The position numbers and the translations under genes were made by a program. From the NCBI GenBank assembly GCA_964016885.1, contig OZ024751.1, forward strand, positions 12,710,001 to 12,774,000: a stretch of 64,000 nucleotides of DNA, given 5' to 3'. This DNA is from Eledone cirrhosa. Lineage: Eukaryota. The notes under the pieces are model-generated. The model was not told the DNA's origin. It did no database searches and worked only from the letters and a program-made list of their open reading frames with translations. Below, piece by piece: positions 55,375 through 64,000 of this stretch (positions are counted from its first letter, which is position 1; each line of letters begins with the position of its first letter).

Positions 55375-56074
55375 TTAAAATATTATATATACACTATATA
55401 TTTAATTACACAAAAATATATATATATTTATACAGATATAGATATGGGTATAATATATTTAGTATACATAAAAATATATATATTGTAGACATAGATATTT
55501 TACACTATATTCAGCACACATACAGAAAGAAAGAAAAGCCATATTATATTTAATAAGAGGGGAACATTTTATGAATATTTACTCAAAATTTCAGGGTTTA
55601 CTTCTCTATAAATGATTTGTGATCAGAAAAATTAAATTTATAACTCACAACCATACAAATTTAGTTGGCCTCATATGAGATTATACCACGTAAGAGATTT
55701 TTGAGGTAATTTAATGATAGGGGCCCCAAGCATATAGCAGAAAGCTATGTGAAATAAAGCATCTTGCTAAAGAACTACGATCTTGTGATCGTAACCACTA
55801 GACCAAATGCTTATACATTGTGATAGATAGGGCAATTTGGTCAGTATTTATATAAACATATTATGTAGGAAAAAATGGAAGAATACAGAAAATATATCAA
55901 TGTGATGATGATGATGTTAATCATTTGTAATGGATGTTGAAAGTGTTCATTACACAAGAACTATGTAACATACAAGTGAAACTATATATATATAATGAAG
56001 AATAAATATAATAGTTGACTGTGACTACTGTTCGACTGTAATTGATAGTTATTTGACACTTAAACCCCAGCGTT

Positions 56075-56110
<36 letters not shown>

Positions 56111-56542
56111 TACACACACACACATACATACATATACATACAATTAGTTACAACAGTGACAATAAGAGGTACTTAAGTTTCGTTGGGTTATGCACCACAA
56201 CTCATTCAGCCTGTTCTCTTACTTAACTCATCCTATAGACTGAGACTCTTACCCTTGGTATTTCTACCAAACTTTTACTACAGTGTGTGCGTGCGTGTGT
56301 GCGTGTGTGCGTGCACGCGTATAAGGTAAATGGTGATGATATACTCGATATAGTATGTTATGGAGGTACATACGCTCGTCCATAAGGGATTTCTGGTTCA
56401 AACGCCAATGAATAAATAAACATACCATTTTCTTTTCATTCCCTGGTAAAGTGTATGTAATTATATACATAATTGTGTATCTCTGTGTGTGTGTTGAGTG
56501 TTTATACACATGCACACACACACACGTATATGTGTATGTATG

Positions 56543-56582
<40 letters not shown>

Positions 56583-56584
<2 letters not shown>

Positions 56585-56657
56585 AGGTGTCCCAAAAAAT
56601 GTATAGACATTTCAACAGCATTCTAATAAAAGTGTGTATACATTTTTGGGACACCAT
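56583..56657. mobile_element. Tc1/mariner-type MITE of about 75 bp
   Basis: GGTGTCCCAAAAA.TGTATA / TATACATTTTTGGGACACC in (TA)n; same family as 63716 and 14837. Confidence 0.8.
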
Positions 56658-57179
56658 ATATATATATATATATATACACGCCTATTACCAGCACAATCTA
56701 CTATAAACATGCTTATATAAACATACATACATTATACACACACATACATACATTATATACACACATACACACATTCAGATAGACCCAAACAGATCACATA
56801 TGCAATCAACACGCCTACACAAGCTCGTGTGAGTAGAAATATGTGTGTTTAATTATGTATATGTATGTATTTAATTCTGTATGTATATATGTATGTACAC
56901 ACGTGTGCGCGTGTGTATTTGTTTATTGGTGTGTGCTGTGTGTGTGTGTGTGTGTGTGTGTGTAACTAGGGCAATGTATTCAAAATGTTATCTCTTGTAG
57001 TAAGTACACTTTCAAGTAGGGAGAAGGAAAGAGAACTAGGGAGAGCTAGAGAGAGAGAGAGAGAGACTGACAGGTTGAAGGGGAGGGGGAGGGTTTGGTG
57101 TGTTGAATGAGATAGATAGATAGATAGATAGACAGGCAACGACAGAGAGAGGGTGAGAGTTGGGTGTGGTAGATGACAT

Positions 57180-57978
<799 letters not shown>

Positions 57979-58439
57979 AAATAAAAGGCAAATTAAATGA
58001 CTGGGAGAGGGGGAGAATTCGGTGTGGTGGAGGAGAGAGACAGAATGATGTAGATAATATAAAGTGAGGAGGAGGAAGGGGGAGAGAGAGAGGAGGGAGA
58101 TAGAATAACAACAACAGCAGCAACAATAACAACAACAGCAACAACAACAACAGCAACAACAACAACAACAGGAGGGCAACAATTAATTAGTTAACCTGGC
58201 TGTGTTGTTTGAAGAATGTTAGAACAGGTTTTGTCTGATTTTTTTTTGTGTAGAATTTAGTAACCTCCAGCCCCGCCTTAGTCAGCCTTTCACCTTCCCC
58301 ACCCTCACCAGCAGCAGCTGCACTGCAGGGTGCCATAGTTAGGGTGAATAGTATCATAGAGGTGGTGGTGGTGGTGGTGGTTGGGTTTCCTAAGGGTAGT
58401 GAGGTGAAAACTGCTGTAACTAACGATGATGCTGAGTGT

Positions 58440-59550
58440 AGTGGTAGTGACGGTGATGGTGGTGATGATGATGGAGTGTGGTTGTGGTGGTGATGGTGAT
58501 GTGGTGGTGGTGGTGGTGGTGATGATGTGCGGTGGCAATGATGATGGTGGTGGTGGTGGTGATGGTGGTGGTGGTGATGGAGTGTGGTGGTGGTGATGAT
58601 GATGTGCGGTGGCAATGATGATGGTGGTGGTGGTGGTGATGGAGTGTGGTGGTGGTGGTGATGTGTGGTGGCAATGATGATGGTGGTGGTGGTGATGGAG
58701 TGTGGTGATGTGTGGTGGCAATGGTGGTGGTGGTGATGGAGTGTGGTGATGTGTGGTGGCAATGGTGGTGGTGGTGATGGAGTGTGGTGATGTGTGGTGG
58801 CAATGGTGGTGGTGGTGATGGAGTGTGGTGATGTGTGGTGGCAATGGTGGTGGTGGTGATGGGGTGTGGTAGCAATGATGATGGTGGTGGTGATGTGTGG
58901 TGGCAATGGTGGTGGTGGTGGTGGTGGAGTGTGGTGATGTGTGGTGGTAATGGTGGTGGTGGTGATGGAGTGTGGTGGTGATGATGAGGTTGGTGGTGGT
59001 GGTGATGTGTGGTGGTGGTGGTGATGTGTGGTGGTGGTGGTGATGTGTGGTGGCAATGGTGGTGATGGAGTGTGGTAGCAATGATGATGGTGGTGATGAG
59101 TGTGGTGGTGATGATTATGATGAGTGTAGTGGTAGTGATGATGTGGTGGCAACGATGATGGTGGTGGTGGTGGTGGTGGTGGCAACGATGATGATGATAG
59201 ATGTGGTGGTGTCGATGAAGGTGATGGGGATAATGGAAGTGGTGGTGATGATGATGATGATAGTAATGATAGTGTTGCTGATGGTGTTGGCGTTGATGAC
59301 GATATGACGATGGTGGTGGTGATGATAACGATGAGAAGGTGTGGTAGTAATGATGATGATTGTGATGGTTATGATGACATAGGTGTGGTGGTGGTGGTGG
59401 TGGCGGGGTTTCTAAAGGTGGCAACATGTTTTGTATTGGTGGTTATGATGATGATGATGATGATGGTTGATGGTTGATGGTTGTGGCAGGAAAGGTAGCA
59501 ATGGTGTTCTGTTTTTATGATGATGATGATGATAGTGGTGGCGACGGTGG
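58440..59550. repeat. (GGT)n/(GAT)n tract with about 39-bp GATGGAGTGTGGTGATGTGTGGTGGCAAT units
   Basis: Direct reading. Gives spurious poly-H/P/T ORFs. Confidence 0.9.
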
Positions 59551-59557
59551 AATATCA

Positions 59558-60215
59558 TACACACACACACACACACTCACATACACACACACACACTCAC
59601 ATACCCACACACTCACATACACACACTCACTCACACACACACACACACTCACTCACATACACACACTCACACACTCACACAAACTCACACACATAAACAC
59701 TCACATACACACACTCTCACACACACACACACACTCTCACACACATACATACACTCACATACACACACTCACATACACACACTCATATACACACTCACAC
59801 ACACACTCACAAACAAACACACACATAAACACACTCACATACTCACACACTCACACAAACTCACACACATAAACACTCACATACACACACTCTCACACAC
59901 ACACACACTCGCACACACACTCTCACACACATACATACACTCACATACACACACTCACATACACACACTCACATACACACACTCACACACACACTCACAA
60001 ACAAACACACACATAAACACACTCACATACTCACACACTCACACAAACTCACACACATAAACACTCACATACACACACTCTCACACACACACACACTCGC
60101 ACACATACTCTCACACACATACATACACTCACATACACACACTCACATACACACACTCACATACACACACTCACACACACACTCACACACACACACACAC
60201 TCAAACACACTCACA
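59558..60215. repeat. (CA)n-based array with a higher-order duplication of about 190 bp
   Basis: Direct reading. Confidence 0.9.
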
Positions 60216-60527
60216 GGGTTGAAAAAGAATCCTGCAATACCAGCATCAGCTTACCACCCGGGATGGGTGCCATAGTTTCATAGAGCAAAGTAGGACTTCT
60301 GTGGTGGTGGTGGAGGTGGACGAAGTAGAGGGTGGTGGTGGTGGTGGTGGAAGAAGTAGAGGGTGGTGGTGGTGGTGGAAGAAGTAGAGGGTGGAGGTGG
60401 TGGACGAAGTAGAGGGTGGTGGTGGTGGGACAGAAAGAGGTGGTGTGTTGTTGCTGATGGTAATGATAATGATGGGTGTTGGTGGTTTGCAGTTAGTGAT
60501 GGTGCGTAATGCTGATGATGTTAGATG

Positions 60528-60802
60528 GTGGCGGCGGCGGCGTGTGCTAATGTTGGGTGGTGATGGTGGCGGCGGCGTGTGCTAATGTTGGGTGGTGGTG
60601 GTGGCGGCGGCGTGTGCTAATGTTGGGTGGTGGTGGTGGCGGCGGCGTGTGCTAATGTTGGGTGGTGGTGGTGGCGGCGTGTGTTAATGTTGGGTGGTGG
60701 TGGTGGTGTCGGTGGCGGCGTGTGCTAATGTTGGGTGGTGGTGGCGGCGGCGTGTGCTAATGTTGGGTGGTGGTGGCGGCGGCGTGTGCTAATGCTGGGT
60801 GG
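60528..60802. repeat. Minisatellite GGCGGCGGCGTGTGCTAATGTTGGGT(GGT)n
   Basis: About 8 units. Confidence 0.9.
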
Positions 60803-62106
60803 AGGCCTGTGTAGTGATGATGGATGGGGGTGGTATGATTGTGGTGGAGGCCTGTGTAGTGATGATGGATGGTGGTGGTGGAGGCCTGTGTAGTGATGAT
60901 GGAGGCAGCGGCGGCGTGTGCTGATTTTTGGGTGGTGGTGATGGTGATGGCATATATGTAATGATGCTGGGTGTTGGTGGTGATGGTGTGAGGTTTATGC
61001 TGATCTTGGGTGGTGATGGTGGTGGCGGTGGTGGTGGGGCGTGTAGTAACGCTGTGTGGTGGTGGTAACGGGTCAGTAGTAGCTATCATTCACTGCAGAG
61101 CGAACAACAACAAGCGAGAACGTTCTAAATACTTTTAATACTTCACTTCACTTGCTGCTTGCTCCAAGTGCCATATTTAGGGCGATGTGTGGGCTTGATA
61201 TAGATATATATATTCATGTGTGTATTTATGTAAGTATATATGTAATGTGTGTGCGTTTATGAAGTAATATATGTGTGTGTGTGTCCGCGTGTGTGTACGC
61301 AGTATAGTAAATATGTTGCATATATGTGTATGTGTTGCATATGTGTGTATGTGTTGAATATGTGTGTGTGTGTTGCACATATGTGTATGTGTGTATGTTA
61401 GTTTTGCTGCTTAGTGGGTTAATAATTGTTTCTACTTTTGGCACAAGGTCAGCAAATTACCCAGTGTATTACTGGTACTTTTAGTGGGTTAATAATGATG
61501 ATCATAGCGGTGATGGCGATGGTGACATTCCTGCACATGGCGGTGATGGTGGCGGTGGAGATTATATTGCTAATGATTGCAGTAGTAGTTATTGATGATG
61601 ATGATGATGGTGGTTGTTATAATGATGATGATGATGATGAAGTTACTGCCGTGGTGATAAAAGCATGCTTGGTTTATTATGGGGGATGCATTGTGATTGA
61701 GGATGACAAAAGAAAGATAATATATACCAATGATGATGATGGTGATGGTGATGGTGATGATGACAGCAGCAACAGCAACGCAGCAACGGGTCGCTGTCTA
61801 CTACTACTACTACCTCCACAAACACCCTGGCAACTATAGAAACAGTTAAGGGAGGTGCAGTGTTGTTACTACTGATGCTGCTGAAGAAGATGGCGGCGAT
61901 GGTACACACACGCGCACACATACAGCTGATAGCTTTACTACACACACACACACACACATATACACAGCTGATAGCTTTACTACACACACACACACACATA
62001 GTCTTTCTGGTTATCTACAGCAATAAATAAAGTGAATGTTCACGAGTTTCTACAGATGCCAACACACAAGGGTAATATTATATCATATATATAATATATA
62101 CACACA

Positions 62107-62168
<62 letters not shown>

Positions 62169-62498
62169 CATACACACATGTATAAGATTATGTTTTGCTA
62201 TTTGCAAAGAGTACAATGACAACCAATCACTATTATATATATATTTGAATAGAATCCGAGATATACCTCCTTGAGAAAGAAAGAAAAAACTGAACAGAAA
62301 CGCCTGCGGAAGCCGGACCACGCCACTGCCGTAATGTCATGGTAACAACACACACGATCTTCCGGCACATGGTTCTCCATGGTTCAATTCTCGAAGACGT
62401 TTCTGTTCACGTATTTTCGCCTCAAAGAATTATATCTTCAATTTTAATTCACGTATATCATGAGTTTAATATCATAATATACACACGCATTTTTAATA

Positions 62499-62531
<33 letters not shown>

Positions 62532-62532
<1 letters not shown>

Positions 62533-62582
62533 GCTTCCTGATGATTTCTCCCGAATGAAACAGTTCTAGTCCTGTAGAAGCC
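62532..62582 (+). ncRNA. Type I hammerhead ribozyme with complete stem III
   Basis: GGCTTC-CTGATGA-tTTC(TCCC)GAAt-GAAA-CAG(TTCTAGTC)CTG-TA-GAAGCC; GUA triplet. Tail 62583-62662 is homologous to about 39000-39085. Confidence 0.85.
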
Positions 62583-62741
62583 ATTTCTATATTAAATATT
62601 TATACTCTGCTATATATTGAATACCTTTACTTACTGTGGTTACCCCCGATTGAACCCGGGATAAACTTATATATATATAATGCGTACCATATTATATTCG
62701 CTTACACGCACACACACATATGTATATAATTTTGTTAACAT

Positions 62742-62795
62742 CTGATGATGTCACATCAGTGCCGGCTGTTGTCACTGAAATACGTATTATACAAT
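62742..62795 (+). ncRNA. Hammerhead-like motif, core intact but stem I poor
   Basis: CTGATGA-tgtc-ACATCAG(TGCCGG)CTGTTGT-cact-GAAA-TACGTA-TT; only about 2 bp of stem I. Confidence 0.45.
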
Positions 62796-62999
62796 AAATA
62801 CGATTATGTAACATGTTTTAGCGTTAATTCTATGCATATCTTGGATGTAACTTGACAGCATTTATATTAAGATGATGGGTGAAGGATGTGCATACGTGTG
62901 TTTATGTATGTAGAAGCACTGGGATAAGAGAAACTGGTTGAGAGGGGAGAGAAGACAGGGGTAGACGGGTGGAAACTAGAAAGGATAAAAAGAAAAAGC

Positions 63000-63032
<33 letters not shown>

Positions 63033-63715
63033 AATGTGGTGAAATAGCGGGCTATAAAAAATTAAGTACACCCAACTGTCTCTCACCCCTTTTTAGTACA
63101 TAGCATGGAACTGGTAGTTTTTTTTTTTTTTTTTTTTTTTGGAGACTGAGGTGGGGCTATTTTCTAGTTCCTGGCTGTTAAATGATCCAAGAATCGTACA
63201 TTGTTGATAGTAACTTGCTACCAGGACTGATGTTACCATTCAGACAACTAGGCATCCATCCACCCACATAGGGCGTTGACAGGTCCTTTGTGAGGGATTG
63301 GATGGAGGTGAGGTAATACATGGCACTGTCGCCATATTTACAGAGATGCACCATCAGATTTTAAAAAAAAATACGTGTGTTATATAATATTCTCAAGGTC
63401 CCCAAAGATATAAACCGTATGAAGTACCTGGTTGCAGCCCTCAGGAAGGTACATTACTGAACCCTAAAGAATTTACATAATTGAATTAATTAAATAGTAA
63501 TGCCCTGCGATCTATAAATAGATTGCTATGTATCTTTGGAGTGTAGAAATATTTAAAGTGATGGAGAGAATCGTATGGTGTTATGGCATGTAATATGATT
63601 TGGCTTGGGTAAGTGTGGACTGTGTAGTGTAAAATGCTGGTTTATTCTTACAGTTCTGATTATTTATAATTCGACATTCCTACACACACACTATATATAT
63701 ACACACACATACATA

Positions 63716-63788
63716 CAGGGTGTCCCAAAAATGTATACACATTTCAACAACATTCTATTAAAAGTGTATATACATTTTTGGGACACCA
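63716..63788. mobile_element. Tc1/mariner-type MITE of about 75 bp
   Basis: CAGGGTGTCCCAAAAATGTATA / TATACATTTTTGGGACACC with TA flanks. Confidence 0.8.
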
Positions 63789-63963
63789 TAATTATATATA
63801 TATGTATATATATATAGAGACATCCTTCAGAGACACACACAAACACACACACTTATTTTTACCATCTTGCCGTACACACACACTCACACACTTATTTTTA
63901 CCATCTTGCCGTACACAGACAGATACATACACTTAGATATAGGGCTGATAGAGAATATATATT

Positions 63964-63998
<35 letters not shown>

Positions 63999-64000
63999 GT

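Noticed and set aside
58187-59427. His/Pro/Thr-rich ORFs as possible NR2F exons
   Set aside because: (GGT)n/(GAT)n repeats with no nuclear-receptor sequence.

Overview
Eukaryotic, very AT-rich, microsatellite-dominated DNA. The (TA)n/(CA)n/(GAT)n load and the tRNA-derived SINE types suggest an octopus or other cephalopod genome (inference). Nearly all long ORFs in the track are translations of simple repeats. The one convincing host-gene segment is the last coding exon of a COUP-TF/seven-up (NR2F) nuclear receptor on the minus strand (55057-55331); 55332-64000 is presumably its intron. Mobile DNA includes a disrupted Tx1/L1-type LINE plus two 3' fragments, an internally deleted mariner, several MITEs, a CR1-like 3' end, about 12 SINEs (about 7 in one tandem cluster) and a duplicated 0.6-kb element. 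The main hidden signal is RNA-level: about 10 type I hammerhead ribozyme motifs from at least 5 sequence families, read by eye as stem I-CUGANGA-stem II-GAAA-stem III-UH-stem I'. They lie in short non-coding elements inside (TA)n tracts, often folded back as inverted repeats. Two of them (2-580 + and 36425-37036 -) are diverged homologues of a 450-465 nt terminally redundant, retrozyme-like unit with covarying ribozyme stems and a conserved ATGCAAAT octamer. All alignments and folds were done by eye; no activity or novelty has been verified.
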